DNA of 64,000 nucleotides from an uncultured Solibacteraceae bacterium (GTDB lineage: Bacteria; Acidobacteriota; Terriglobia; Bryobacterales; Bryobacteraceae), in NCBI GenBank assembly GCA_964644025.1, contig CAZXVW010000001.1:1060-65059 (forward strand), given 5' to 3'. The notes beneath the pieces are model-generated. The model was not told the origin of the DNA and ran no database searches. It saw nothing but the letters and a program-made list of their open reading frames with translations. Of the stretch, positions 19,210 to 31,130 are shown one piece after another. Positions within the stretch are counted from its first letter, which is position 1, and every line of letters begins with the position of its first letter. The position numbers and the translations under genes were made by a program.

Positions 19210-22200
19210 ATGCTGCCTCCTTGCCGCAAGACAGTGAATTTTGAGGAGATGATGACAATCCCAAGAATCGGCAAGATCCTTGCCATATTCGCACTGTGCT
19301 TGATTTTCAGCGCAGTTGGTTACGCACAATCTGATACCGCCCAGATATCCGGCTACGCCAAGGACTCCACCGGCGCCGTGATACCCGGCGCGAACGTCAC
19401 TCTGACCAATGAGACTACCGGACTCGAACGTCAGACTACGACCAATGAATCCGGCTACTACGTGGTCTCGAATCTGCCGCCCGGCTTTTACACCCTGGCG
19501 GTGGAGGCGCCTGGCTTCAAGCGCTTCGTAAAAACTCAGAATAAATTGGACCCGAACATTGCCACCACGGTGGACGCGGTGCTTGAGATCGGCGCCGTCA
19601 CCGAAACCGTCGAGGTCACGGCGACGGCGGTGGCCATCCAGTCGGAAACCGCCACCGTCGGCCGGCTGGTGGAATCGACCCAGATTCAATCCATGGTGCT
19701 CAACGGCCGCAACCCGCTTTACCTGGCCATTCTCAAGCCAGGTGTCACCCGGACCGGCCCCCTCGGCTTCAGTTACGGGTTGACCTCAGGGAGCCTGTAC
19801 ATCAACGGCTCCCGCCGGCAGGACAACATCATCACCTTCGACGGGGCCGTGAATATGCGCACGCGCGCCAACGGCACCAGCATCGGCACCGCGGACCTGG
19901 AAACGGTGCAGGAGATGCAGATCCTCACTGCGAATTACAACGCCGAGTACGGGCGAGCCTCCGGGGGTCAGATCCGTTTCGTCACCAAGAGCGGCAGCCG
20001 TGATTTCCACGGCAGTTTTTACGAGTACTTCCGCAACACGAAGCTGGACGCCAACACCTGGTCGCGCAACCGGGCCGGCCAGGAGCGGGACCCGAACAAG
20101 TTCAATCAGTTCGGCTATATCCTCAGCGGACCGGCTTACATCCCCGGCAAGTGGAACACCGACCGCAGTAAGCTGTTCTGGTTGTGGGGCCAGGAATGGG
20201 CCCGGCGGCGGCGGGGGCGGACCACCATCATTACCGTACCCTCGCTGGCGATGCGGAGCGGGGATTTCTCCGAATTGTTAGACCCGGGTAACTCGTTCTT
20301 CGGCAAAGTAAAAACCATCAATGACCCGGACACCGGCGCGCCGTTCCCGAACAATGTCATTCCTTCGAGCAGGCTGAGTTCCAACGGATTGGGCTTTCTG
20401 AACGCGTACCCGGAACCGATCCCTGGGTTCTTGCAGGGGACGAGTAATTTCATCCAGTCCCGGCCGCAGCCGATGAACCAGCGGAAAGATACCCTCTCGA
20501 TCGACTTCCTGCCTACGATGAACCACACCTTCCGGTTCCGGTTGCAGAACTTCAACTTTATCGAGAAGGAAGCATTCCGGGGCGGGACGGACCGCGCCAG
20601 ACGGATCATCGACCGGCCCAACCGGACCTACACGCTGAACTACATTTACACGCTCAGCCCCACCACGGTGAATGAGTTCCTGGCCAGTGTCAGCTACGAC
20701 CGCGTCTATCTGACCGTCCCAAATGAAGAAGGGCTGGCCAATCGCAGCCGGTACGGCATCGACTACCCGTACATTTTCCCGGAACGCAAGGAAATCTATG
20801 ACAAGATCCCGACCATCGACATCACCAACTTCCAGCGGGTGGATGGCGGACCATACCCAGCCAAGTCTTCCGGCCCGATTTACCAGCTTTCCAATAACAC
20901 CACCAGGATTATGGGCAACCACACGTTTAAGTTCGGCGTGCGATACGAACGGGCCGGCCAGAACGACTTCGACCAGATCAACGTGAGCGGCGTTCCCGGG
21001 GGGACGAATAACCAGAACGGCCGCTTCGTCTTCGACGACAAGCGCGCCGGCGCGCCGGGCACCGGACTGGCGGTGGCCAACGCGGCCATGGGTCTGTTTA
21101 CCACCTACGCTGAGATCGGCCCCCGCGCCTACACACCCTACCGCAGCAACATGTTCGAGTGGTTCGTCCAGGATTCCTGGAAGGTTACGCCGAAGCTGCG
21201 TCTGGAGCTCGGCGTCCGGCACACCTGGATGCAGCCTTATTACTACAGCCTGTGGCGGAACATGGCCGTCTTCGATCCCAACCGCTACGACCCGTCCAAG
21301 GCCGTGGTCCAGGATCCGAAAACCGGTAACATCTTGAGCGGCGAACGCTATAACGGCGTGGCCATTCCTGGCAAGGGCTGGCCGGAAGCGGCGCGCGGCC
21401 GTGTCTTCATTGCCGACACCGGAGAGTTTGATTATTTGTTCACCGGCGGCAGCAAGACGTGGGGCAAGACCCAGTGGGCGAACTTCCAACCCCGCATCGG
21501 CCTGGCCTACCGCATCAACGAGAAGACCGTGGTCCGCTCCGGCGTGGGGCGCTTCTTCTCCCGGCCCGGAGTGGCGGATAACATCTTCCTGGGTGGCAAC
21601 CCTCCCTTCCAGCCGATGGTTTCCATCAGCAACGGTCTGGCGGACGACCCCGGTGCCGGCGAAGCAACCGGCTTCCCGCAGTTCTTCATGACCATGGACC
21701 CCGTCTTCAAGATCCCTAGCGCCTGGAACTGGAACGTCACCGTCCAGCGCGAGGTCGGCTTCAACACCACCGTTGAGGTGGGCTACGTGGGGCGCGTGGG
21801 GCTCCACATGGAGCGGGTGCGCGACATCAACCAGCTCCGGCCCGGAACCCTGCAGGATCCAGCCAATGCAGGCATCAACCCGAACGTGCTGAGGCCTTAC
21901 AAGGGCTTCGCCGCGATCAATCTTGGAGAGAACGCCGCCCGCTCGGAATACAACGGGCTGCAAATCTCGGCGAACCGCCGCTTCAGCGACGGCCTCCTGT
22001 TCGGCATTGCCTACACGCTGTCGGAAAGCAAGGACAACGCCGACTATCGCCGCGACCAGATTTACAACAACTATGACGATTCGAACTTCTGGGGGTGGTC
22101 GGACTACGACGCCCGTCACGTGATGGTCATCAACTTTGTCTACGAGTTGCCAGTGTTCAAGGACAAGTCCGCGCTGACCGGCAAGCTGCTCGGCGGCTGG

Positions 22201-22680
22201 CAGCTCAGCGGCATGATCCAGTTCCAGACGGGCACGCCGTTGACCATCGGAAGAACCGGCGACTACGCCGGAATCGGCGTCACCAACTTCCAGCCTTGGG
22301 AGGTGCTGGGCGATCCGAAGCTGCCTTCGAGCGAACAGGCCTTCTCCCAGGGCAAAACGGATGACAACTTCTTCTTCCGGACCACCGACGCCAGCGGAAA
22401 TCCCTTGTTTGTCGCGCCGGATCCGGGAACGTTCTCCAAGACCCAGAACCGCAACAGCTTGCTGCACCGGCAAGGCTGGCAGAACTGGAACATGGGACTG
22501 TTCAAGGATTTCGCGATCACCGAGCGGCAGAGCCTTCAGGTGCGGGCGGAGTTCTTCAACTTGCCGAATCACCCGAACTGGGGGAACCCGAACACCAATC
22601 CGACCAGCGCCACCTTCGGTAAGATCACCAGCAAGAGTAACAACCGTAACATTCAGCTCAGCCTGCGTTACTCGTTCTGA
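19210..22680 (+). CDS. TonB-dependent outer-membrane receptor with N-terminal carboxypeptidase-regulatory-like domain
   Basis: AGGAGG 6 nt upstream of ATG 19210 (alternative ATGs at 19249/19252). Signal peptide ...ILAIFALCLIFSAVGYAQ. ISGYAKDSTGAVIPGANVTLTNETTGLERQTTTNESGYYVVSNLPPGFYTLAVEAPGFKRF. C-terminal beta-barrel ending LSLRYSF. Confidence 0.88.
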   Translation: MLPPCRKTVNFEEMMTIPRIGKILAIFALCLIFSAVGYAQSDTAQISGYAKDSTGAVIPGANVTLTNETTGLERQTTTNESGYYVVSNLPPGFYTLAVEAPGFKRFVKTQNKLDPNIATTVDAVLEIGAVTETVEVTATAVAIQSETATVGRLVESTQIQSMVLNGRNPLYLAILKPGVTRTGPLGFSYGLTSGSLYINGSRRQDNIITFDGAVNMRTRANGTSIGTADLETVQEMQILTANYNAEYGRASGGQIRFVTKSGSRDFHGSFYEYFRNTKLDANTWSRNRAGQERDPNKFNQFGYILSGPAYIPGKWNTDRSKLFWLWGQEWARRRRGRTTIITVPSLAMRSGDFSELLDPGNSFFGKVKTINDPDTGAPFPNNVIPSSRLSSNGLGFLNAYPEPIPGFLQGTSNFIQSRPQPMNQRKDTLSIDFLPTMNHTFRFRLQNFNFIEKEAFRGGTDRARRIIDRPNRTYTLNYIYTLSPTTVNEFLASVSYDRVYLTVPNEEGLANRSRYGIDYPYIFPERKEIYDKIPTIDITNFQRVDGGPYPAKSSGPIYQLSNNTTRIMGNHTFKFGVRYERAGQNDFDQINVSGVPGGTNNQNGRFVFDDKRAGAPGTGLAVANAAMGLFTTYAEIGPRAYTPYRSNMFEWFVQDSWKVTPKLRLELGVRHTWMQPYYYSLWRNMAVFDPNRYDPSKAVVQDPKTGNILSGERYNGVAIPGKGWPEAARGRVFIADTGEFDYLFTGGSKTWGKTQWANFQPRIGLAYRINEKTVVRSGVGRFFSRPGVADNIFLGGNPPFQPMVSISNGLADDPGAGEATGFPQFFMTMDPVFKIPSAWNWNVTVQREVGFNTTVEVGYVGRVGLHMERVRDINQLRPGTLQDPANAGINPNVLRPYKGFAAINLGENAARSEYNGLQISANRRFSDGLLFGIAYTLSESKDNADYRRDQIYNNYDDSNFWGWSDYDARHVMVINFVYELPVFKDKSALTGKLLGGWQLSGMIQFQTGTPLTIGRTGDYAGIGVTNFQPWEVLGDPKLPSSEQAFSQGKTDDNFFFRTTDASGNPLFVAPDPGTFSKTQNRNSLLHRQGWQNWNMGLFKDFAITERQSLQVRAEFFNLPNHPNWGNPNTNPTSATFGKITSKSNNRNIQLSLRYSF

Positions 22681-22704
22681 TTCGCAACGCTCGAGCGTTA
22701 ATCA

Positions 22705-22737
22705 CGGCCCCGGCCTCCGCCAGGAGAGCCGGGGCCG
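22705..22737. terminator. GC-rich hairpin between convergent genes (possible bidirectional terminator)
   Basis: cggccccggc 22705..22714 pairs with gccggggccg 22728..22737. Preceded by a perfect 14-nt palindrome aacgctcgagcgtt at 22686..22699. No clear U tract. Confidence 0.4.
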
Positions 22738-22738
22738 C

Positions 22739-23047
22739 TTACCAGCTCAACGTTCCTGACCGCGGCTCTTCATCCGGGTTGGGCAGGTAGAGCGTCCGGC
22801 ACTTCTCGCAGCGGTAAATCTCCGCGCCGGCCCCGTATCTCTGCTTGACTTCATCACCGAAGAAGTACCACCGTTTCAGGTGGCCAGTGCACAGCTTGCC
22901 TTTCGCGTTCTTCTCATTGCAGGCTCGCTGGCGCGGGAGCCGCACCTTGACCTTGGTGCCGTCGCTGAGCGTGGCTACTACGTTCGGATCTGGCGATTGC
23001 CCGGCGGTGGTGGCGCCCGCCGTGGAGGCTGCTTTTTCTTCGGGCAT
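22739..23047 (-). CDS. Small zinc-ribbon-like hypothetical protein
   Basis: Four Cys arranged as C-x10-C (ACNEKNAKGKLC) and CxxC (CEKC). Divergent from gyrA. No convincing SD. Confidence 0.5.
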   Translation of the reverse strand: MPEEKAASTAGATTAGQSPDPNVVATLSDGTKVKVRLPRQRACNEKNAKGKLCTGHLKRWYFFGDEVKQRYGAGAEIYRCEKCRTLYLPNPDEEPRSGTLSW

Positions 23048-23174
23048 GGCTCAAAGCAGAAAGTATAGCACCCCGCCGCAGGCCGGCTTTTCCGGCAGGC
23101 TGGAGACGCTGCCGGAGGAGACTCGGCCGCGCCGCCGCTGCGGGCCGGAAAAGCCTCATCCTCTCAATGAGTTC

Positions 23175-23183
23175 TGCTAAAAT
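23175..23183 (+). promoter_or_regulatory. Candidate extended -10 element upstream of gyrA
   Basis: tgcTAAAAT (TGn + TAAAAT at 23178..23183), about 70 nt upstream of the gyrA start. No good -35. Confidence 0.25.
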
Positions 23184-23255
23184 GATAGGTACGCCTCGCC
23201 CTCCATTCTGTGGCGAAGAAAAGGGAAAAATCAGAGCTTATTTCAAGGAGTTCCA

Positions 23256-25808
<2,553 letters not shown>

Positions 25809-25856
25809 AGCTCCCCGGAACCGCGCTGCCGGGGCCTGCCGGCAACGCGCCCGGGG

Positions 25857-27371
25857 CTACGCCTTGGGAACGATCTTGAAGACGTAGGCGTAATCACACG
25901 GCTTTCGGCTGGGAAAGCTAAGCTCCAGCCCTTCGCTGGTGAGACGCCACGGAATCTTCTCGCTGGAGCCGAGCATCGTCACCGACTGGATGCCGCCCGG
26001 GCCGATCGGGTTCTGCTTGCTGATCGACTTGATGGTGAACTTTCCGTTCTTGGGCCAGTCAAACACTGTCGCGTAGACCGTGTCACCCTGCCGGGTGAAG
26101 CGCACCGCGTCCGGCCCCATCCTCATCTTGCGCCGTTTCGGATTCCGGGGTTTGTAATCCGGGGCGGTGTAAGGCACCTCGCCGCCCTCGCCGGCGACGC
26201 GCCAGGGGCGGCTGCCATAGACAGCCTCGCCGTTGACGCGGAGCCATTTGCCGATTTCGGTGAGCGCGTGGACCTCTTGCTGGCGGAGCGTTCCGTCCGG
26301 CTTGGGACCGATGCTCAGCAGCAGGTTGCCGTTCTTACTCACGATATCCATCAGGTGCTCGATCAGCATGCCCACCGGCCAGAAGCCGCTGTCCTTGACG
26401 TAGCACCAGCCCTGGATGGAGACCTTGTCGTCACTTTGCCACTTCCAGGGCTGGATCGAGTCCTGGCTGGCTCGCTCGAAATCCGGTACCGCTTCATCGG
26501 GTTTCATGATGCCGCGCTTGTACGTAATGACGACGCCCTTGTTCCATTCGCGGCTCCGGTTGTAGTAATCGGCGACCACCTGGTACATCGCGTCGGTGAA
26601 ATAGGGCTTGTCATACTTCACCTGGGCGTCGATGACGCCGCCGTCGACGAAGATGTAATCCGGCTGGTAGTTGTCGATCAGCTCCATCATGACGTCCTTC
26701 CAGTGCTGGGCGTCCTCGGGGCGGGGCGGATCGTCGTCTCCGCGGCGCTTGCCGTACAAGCCTTCATACTGCGGGTCCCAGTTGTCGTAATTGGGCCGGA
26801 AGGTGTAGTAGCGCCAGTGCCGGCCGTAGTGGGTGGAAACGCCGGCCTTCAGGCCGTGCTCACGAACGGCGGCGGTGAGTTCGCCAACGATATCGCGTTT
26901 CGGCCCCATCCGCTTCGCGTTGAACGGGATCACCTTGGAGTCCCACATGGCGAAGCCGTCATGGTGCGTGGCGGGCGCCGCCACGTAACGGGCGCCGGCT
27001 TGCTGGAACAGCCTGGCGTAAGCGTCCGGGTCGAACTTGGCGGCCGTCAGCATGGGAATGAAGTCCTTGTAGCCGAACTTGTCGAGCGGGCCCCAGGTCT
27101 TGATGTGATGCTCATAGACGGGGGAGCCTTCGATGTACATGTAGTGTGGATACCACTCGGTCTGGAAAGCCGGGACCGAGAACGGCCCCCAGTGCATGTA
27201 GATACCGAACTTGGCGTCCTGGTACCACTGCGGGACCCCGTAACCGATCAGTGATTCGTGCGTCGGCTGGAACTCAGCCGCCTTGGGTTGCGGAGCTGGC
27301 TGGCTGCAACCTGGCGCCAGGGCCAGCGCGCCGCAGAGACATCCAGCGAGTAAGAAGGTCTTGGGCTTCAT
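25857..27371 (-). CDS. Alpha-L-fucosidase, GH29 family, secreted/lipoprotein
   Basis: MKPKTFLLAGCLCGALALAPGCS lipobox-like leader. WYQDAKFGIYMHWGPFSVPAFQTEWYPHYMY. HHDGFAMWDS. Confidence 0.88.
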   Translation of the reverse strand: MKPKTFLLAGCLCGALALAPGCSQPAPQPKAAEFQPTHESLIGYGVPQWYQDAKFGIYMHWGPFSVPAFQTEWYPHYMYIEGSPVYEHHIKTWGPLDKFGYKDFIPMLTAAKFDPDAYARLFQQAGARYVAAPATHHDGFAMWDSKVIPFNAKRMGPKRDIVGELTAAVREHGLKAGVSTHYGRHWRYYTFRPNYDNWDPQYEGLYGKRRGDDDPPRPEDAQHWKDVMMELIDNYQPDYIFVDGGVIDAQVKYDKPYFTDAMYQVVADYYNRSREWNKGVVITYKRGIMKPDEAVPDFERASQDSIQPWKWQSDDKVSIQGWCYVKDSGFWPVGMLIEHLMDIVSKNGNLLLSIGPKPDGTLRQQEVHALTEIGKWLRVNGEAVYGSRPWRVAGEGGEVPYTAPDYKPRNPKRRKMRMGPDAVRFTRQGDTVYATVFDWPKNGKFTIKSISKQNPIGPGGIQSVTMLGSSEKIPWRLTSEGLELSFPSRKPCDYAYVFKIVPKA

Positions 27372-27490
27372 GCGGTCTGTTTACCTCTCTCATGAACTCT
27401 ACTACGAACGAGGGGGGGCTCGCTCGGCCACGGGGGCGGTTCGGCGGAGACGTTCGCGGATCAAGGCGCGTTAGGGGCAGACCGGCCGGG

Positions 27491-29113
27491 TCATTGGCCG
27501 GTCTGGGGCTTGATCCAGGTGAGCTGGCGCCACCAGGCGGCGCCGTCGTTGGCCTGCGCGGGTCCCGGCGTGCTCCGGCCTTGCTGGATGATCCGGGTGA
27601 TTTCGGCTTCCAGCCGCTTCACGACGTCCGGGTGTTCGGCGTAGACGTTGCGGGTTTCCCGGGAGTCGTTCTTCATGTCGTAAAGCTCGAACGGGGGCTC
27701 GCCGGGTTTGGGCGTGTAAAGGCGGGGCGGGAGGCTGCCGCCGGAGCCGCGGAACATGTTCAGCTTCCACGGCCCGTCGCGGATCGCGAAGTAACCGGCG
27801 GCCGAGTGGTGAATGATCGGGCCGCGGAGCGGCCGGGGGTAATCGTCGCCCAGCAGCGCGGGCAGGATGCTGAAGCTATCCTCGCCGGCATTGGGCGGAA
27901 GTTTCTGTCCGAGCATGGCGGCGAAGGTGGCCAGCAGGTCGGTCTGGCAGATCGGTTCGCTCGAGCGGCGGCCCGGCGCTACCACCCCAGGCCAGCGGAT
28001 GAGGAAGGGCAGGCGGTGGCCGCCCTCGTAAATGTCGCGTTTGCCGCCGCGGAAAACGTAGTTGCTGCGGTGATGGTAGATCTCCGCGCGTTTCCGGTAG
28101 GTGGTTTCCGGGCCGTTGTCGCTGGTGAAGACGATCATCGTATTCTCCGCCAGGCCGTGAGTTTCGAGTGCGTGGAGGATCTCGCCCACGTGGTAGTCGA
28201 GCTCGAGGACGAAGTCGCCGTAAGCGCCGGCCCGGCTCTTGCCCCGGAAGCGCGGCAGCGGGCAGACGGGCTTGTGCGGGGCGGTGTAAGCGAGGTAGAG
28301 GAAAAACGGCCGGCCGCGCCGGGCCTCGCCGCTGGCCTTGGCGATCCAGTCGACGGCCTTCCGGGTGAGGGTGGTCAGTACTTCCTGGTCGTTGAAGTTG
28401 GGCGCCACCTCGAGGTTGAGATCCCCGCGGGTCTTTGCGTACGGCGGCGTGATGCGGTAGTCGTCCAAAGCAATCCGGTTGGGCTTTTTGGCGGTCCACA
28501 GCACCGGCGCCACGGTGACGCGGGTGTTTTCGATATACGTCAGAATTCCGTAGTTCATCGACGCCGGGATGCCGTAGTAGTAGTCGAACCCCTTCTCGGT
28601 CGGTCCGTCCCGGACCGGGGCCGACCAGTCGCGGTCCCCTTTCCGGCCGGCGAACTTCATGCCGAGGTGCCACTTGCCGATCATGGCGGTGGCGTAGCCG
28701 TGCTGCTTGAGGAAGGAAGCCAGCGTCATGCGGCCGCCGGCGATCAGGCAATCGCCTTCGGCTCCCATCACTCCTTTCTTGAGCCGGGTACGCCAGCTAT
28801 AACGTCCGGTCAGCAGACCGTAGCGGGACGGAGTGCACACGGTATCGGAGCAATGCGCGTCGGTGAAGGCGATGCCTTCACGGGCGAGCCGGTCGAGATT
28901 CGGCGTGCGGAATTTCGCGTCCGGATTCAGCGCGCTCACGTCGCCGTAGCCCTGATCGTCGCTATAGATCAGCACGATGTTGGGCTTGTAAGTGGTTTTC
29001 GCCTGGACGCCGCGGGAGGCCATTAACGCGCCGGCGCACAGGCACAGGAGAATACCGAATTTGGGGCCATGGTGTCCAAACCCGGACTTAGAACAGGATC
29101 TGGCTGAACTCAT
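27491..29113 (-). CDS. Formylglycine-dependent sulfatase (arylsulfatase family)
   Basis: PNIVLIYSDDQGYGD. CSDTVCTPSRYGLLTGRY (CxPxR). FTSDNGPE. Start set at in-frame ATG 29113, giving the leader ...GILLCLCAGALMASRGVQA. This start overlaps the dapB 3' end by 26 nt and is uncertain. Confidence 0.85.
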   Translation of the reverse strand: MSSARSCSKSGFGHHGPKFGILLCLCAGALMASRGVQAKTTYKPNIVLIYSDDQGYGDVSALNPDAKFRTPNLDRLAREGIAFTDAHCSDTVCTPSRYGLLTGRYSWRTRLKKGVMGAEGDCLIAGGRMTLASFLKQHGYATAMIGKWHLGMKFAGRKGDRDWSAPVRDGPTEKGFDYYYGIPASMNYGILTYIENTRVTVAPVLWTAKKPNRIALDDYRITPPYAKTRGDLNLEVAPNFNDQEVLTTLTRKAVDWIAKASGEARRGRPFFLYLAYTAPHKPVCPLPRFRGKSRAGAYGDFVLELDYHVGEILHALETHGLAENTMIVFTSDNGPETTYRKRAEIYHHRSNYVFRGGKRDIYEGGHRLPFLIRWPGVVAPGRRSSEPICQTDLLATFAAMLGQKLPPNAGEDSFSILPALLGDDYPRPLRGPIIHHSAAGYFAIRDGPWKLNMFRGSGGSLPPRLYTPKPGEPPFELYDMKNDSRETRNVYAEHPDVVKRLEAEITRIIQQGRSTPGPAQANDGAAWWRQLTWIKPQTGQ

Positions 29114-29774
29114 AGAAACCCTTCTTGCCCACCAGCCAGCGGGCGGCGGTGAGCGCTCCGGCGGCAAAACCGACCCGGCTGCGGGCCTGGTGGCGGAGAG
29201 TGATGGTGTCCGCCGCCGAATCGAAGCCGATTTCGTGCGTGCCGGGCACCTTGCCGGCGCGGTTCGAGGCGACATCGATGGGGCGGTCCCAGCCGGCCTG
29301 TTTCATCTGATCGATGAGTTTCAGCATCGTACCGGAGGGAGCGTCCACCTTGGCGGCGTGGTGGATCTCCCATCCCCAGGCCCCGTACTCGGTCTGCGCG
29401 GCGAGCAAGCGGGCGGCCTCGGATACCAGGCGAAGGAAGACATTGACTCCGACCGAGAAGTTCGGGGCCCAGACCAGGCCGGTCCCGTGCCGGGCCACCG
29501 CAGCCTTAACCCGGTCCATGTGCTGGGTCCATCCCGTGGCGCCGGCGACGGTGTTCACGCCGAGGGCGGCGAGGCGCACCAGGTTTTCCGCCGCCGTCTC
29601 CGGCACGGAGAACTCCACGGCCACGTCAATGCCGGCGAAGTTTTCCGGGGTCAATGCCTCGTAGTTCGCGTTGTTGTATTCATCGAGGGTGAGCTTGACC
29701 TCGAAGCCATACTCGGGCGCAAGTTGCTCGATCATGCGGCCCATCTTGCCGTAGCCAACAATTGCCAGGTTCAT
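29088..29774 (-). CDS. dapB: 4-hydroxy-tetrahydrodipicolinate reductase
   Basis: MNLAIVGYGKMGRMI (Rossmann GxGxxG). WEIHHAAKVDAPSGT (E-x-HH-x-K-x-DAPSGT signature). Confidence 0.92.
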   Translation of the reverse strand: MNLAIVGYGKMGRMIEQLAPEYGFEVKLTLDEYNNANYEALTPENFAGIDVAVEFSVPETAAENLVRLAALGVNTVAGATGWTQHMDRVKAAVARHGTGLVWAPNFSVGVNVFLRLVSEAARLLAAQTEYGAWGWEIHHAAKVDAPSGTMLKLIDQMKQAGWDRPIDVASNRAGKVPGTHEIGFDSAADTITLRHQARSRVGFAAGALTAARWLVGKKGFYEFSQILF

Positions 29775-29783
29775 TGGACTTTC

Positions 29784-31130
29784 TCAATCGAAGACTTCCG
29801 GGTCCAGTTCGGAGAAGAACTCCTGGTGGAGCGCCGTGAGCGCCTTGTCAGCGTCGCCGGCCGAGACGACGAAGCCCAGGTTCAGCAATGAAGCCCCCTG
29901 CGAAATCATCCGGATGTTGACGCCGTCCAGCACCTTGAAGACGCGGCCGGCCACACCGGGAGTATACCGGATGTTCTCGCCGACCAGGCAGATGATCGCC
30001 TGGTTCTCTTCGACATCCACCTGAGCGAACTTCTCCAAATCCTCGCGGATGGCCGGCAGAGCTGCCGCGTTGTCGATGGTGGCCGAGACGCTGACCTCGG
30101 AAGTGGACACCATGTCGACCGACGTCCGGTGCCGGTCGAAGATCTCGAAAATGCGCCGCAGGAAGCCGTGCACGCCCAGCATGCGGGTGGAACTGATGTT
30201 CAGCACCGTGACGTTGCGCTTGCAGGAAATGGACTTGACGGCGTTGGAACATGGGACCCGGTCGGCGACGATGCGGGTACCGGGTGCATCGGGACGTTTC
30301 GAGTTCAGGATCATGACGGGGATGTTTTTCTCGATAGCGGGCAGCAGGGTGGACGGGTGCAAGACGCGGGCGCCGAAGTAGGCCAGCTCGGATGCCTCGT
30401 CAAACGAGATTACCTTCACGCGGTGCACGTCCTGGATGACGGTCGGATCCGCGGTAAGCAGACCGTCCACGTCGGTCCAGATCTGGATTTCCTCGGCGCC
30501 CACGGCCGCGCCGACGATGGAAGCGGTGAAATCGGAGCCGCCGCGCCCCAGCGTGGTGGTGATGCCCTGTTCGGAAGTGGCGATGAAACCACCCATCACG
30601 ACGACGTCATTCGCATCCAGCAGCGGCGGTATCGCGGCCGCGATTTTCGCATAGGTTTGCGGGAACACGGGCACAGCTTGCGTGTGGCGGTCATCGGTGA
30701 CGATCAGCTCGCGGGAATCGGCGTGCGCCGCGCGCAAGCCGGCCTCGCCAAGCTTCTCGGCGACGATCAAGCTGGAGAGGCGCTCACCGTAGCTGGAGAC
30801 GGCGTCAATCGAGCGCGGGGTCAGCTCACCGAGCACGGCGAGGCCGCGGACCAATTCGGCGAGTTCGCGAAACAACTCTTCGACGCGGCCGCCGACCGAT
30901 CCGCCTTCGGCCAGGTGAAACCGTTCCAGCCCGGCCAGCAGTTCCAGCGCCTGGTCGCGCCGCCCGTTAACCGCGTGGTCCGCGATAGCGAGGAGCTGGT
31001 CGGTTGTTTTTCCCATGGCGGAGACCACGACTACGGGGCGCCGCTGCTGGCGCGCGGCGACGATGGAGGCGACGCGGCGAATGGCTTGTCCGGAGGCGAC
31101 CGAGGTGCCCCCGAATTTCATAACGATCAT
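29784..31130 (-). CDS. lysC: Aspartate kinase
   Basis: MIVMKFGGTSVASG, VVVVSAMGKTTD, C-terminal ACT repeats. ATG 31130..31128 overlaps the asd stop 31129..31127 (ATGA). The 747-aa track ORF is an out-of-context upstream extension through asd in another frame. Confidence 0.93.
   Translation of the reverse strand: MIVMKFGGTSVASGQAIRRVASIVAARQQRRPVVVVSAMGKTTDQLLAIADHAVNGRRDQALELLAGLERFHLAEGGSVGGRVEELFRELAELVRGLAVLGELTPRSIDAVSSYGERLSSLIVAEKLGEAGLRAAHADSRELIVTDDRHTQAVPVFPQTYAKIAAAIPPLLDANDVVVMGGFIATSEQGITTTLGRGGSDFTASIVGAAVGAEEIQIWTDVDGLLTADPTVIQDVHRVKVISFDEASELAYFGARVLHPSTLLPAIEKNIPVMILNSKRPDAPGTRIVADRVPCSNAVKSISCKRNVTVLNISSTRMLGVHGFLRRIFEIFDRHRTSVDMVSTSEVSVSATIDNAAALPAIREDLEKFAQVDVEENQAIICLVGENIRYTPGVAGRVFKVLDGVNIRMISQGASLLNLGFVVSAGDADKALTALHQEFFSELDPEVFD

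Noticed and set aside
20278-22572. 764-aa minus-strand ORF. Similar very long ORFs occur at 43238..46102 (+), 34413..36653 (+), 27146..29026 (+), 56804..58726 (+) and 16630..17904 (+).
   Set aside because: Each lies antisense to a gene with clear family motifs. Each has Arg/Gly/Ala/Pro-rich, motif-free translations typical of stop-poor antisense frames in high-GC DNA.
27478-27505. Perfect 10-bp hairpin cagaccggcc/ggccggtctg as an intrinsic terminator of the sulfatase gene
   Set aside because: The stop codon sits in the loop and no U tract follows on the minus strand. It may still stabilise the mRNA or pause transcription, but it cannot be called a terminator.
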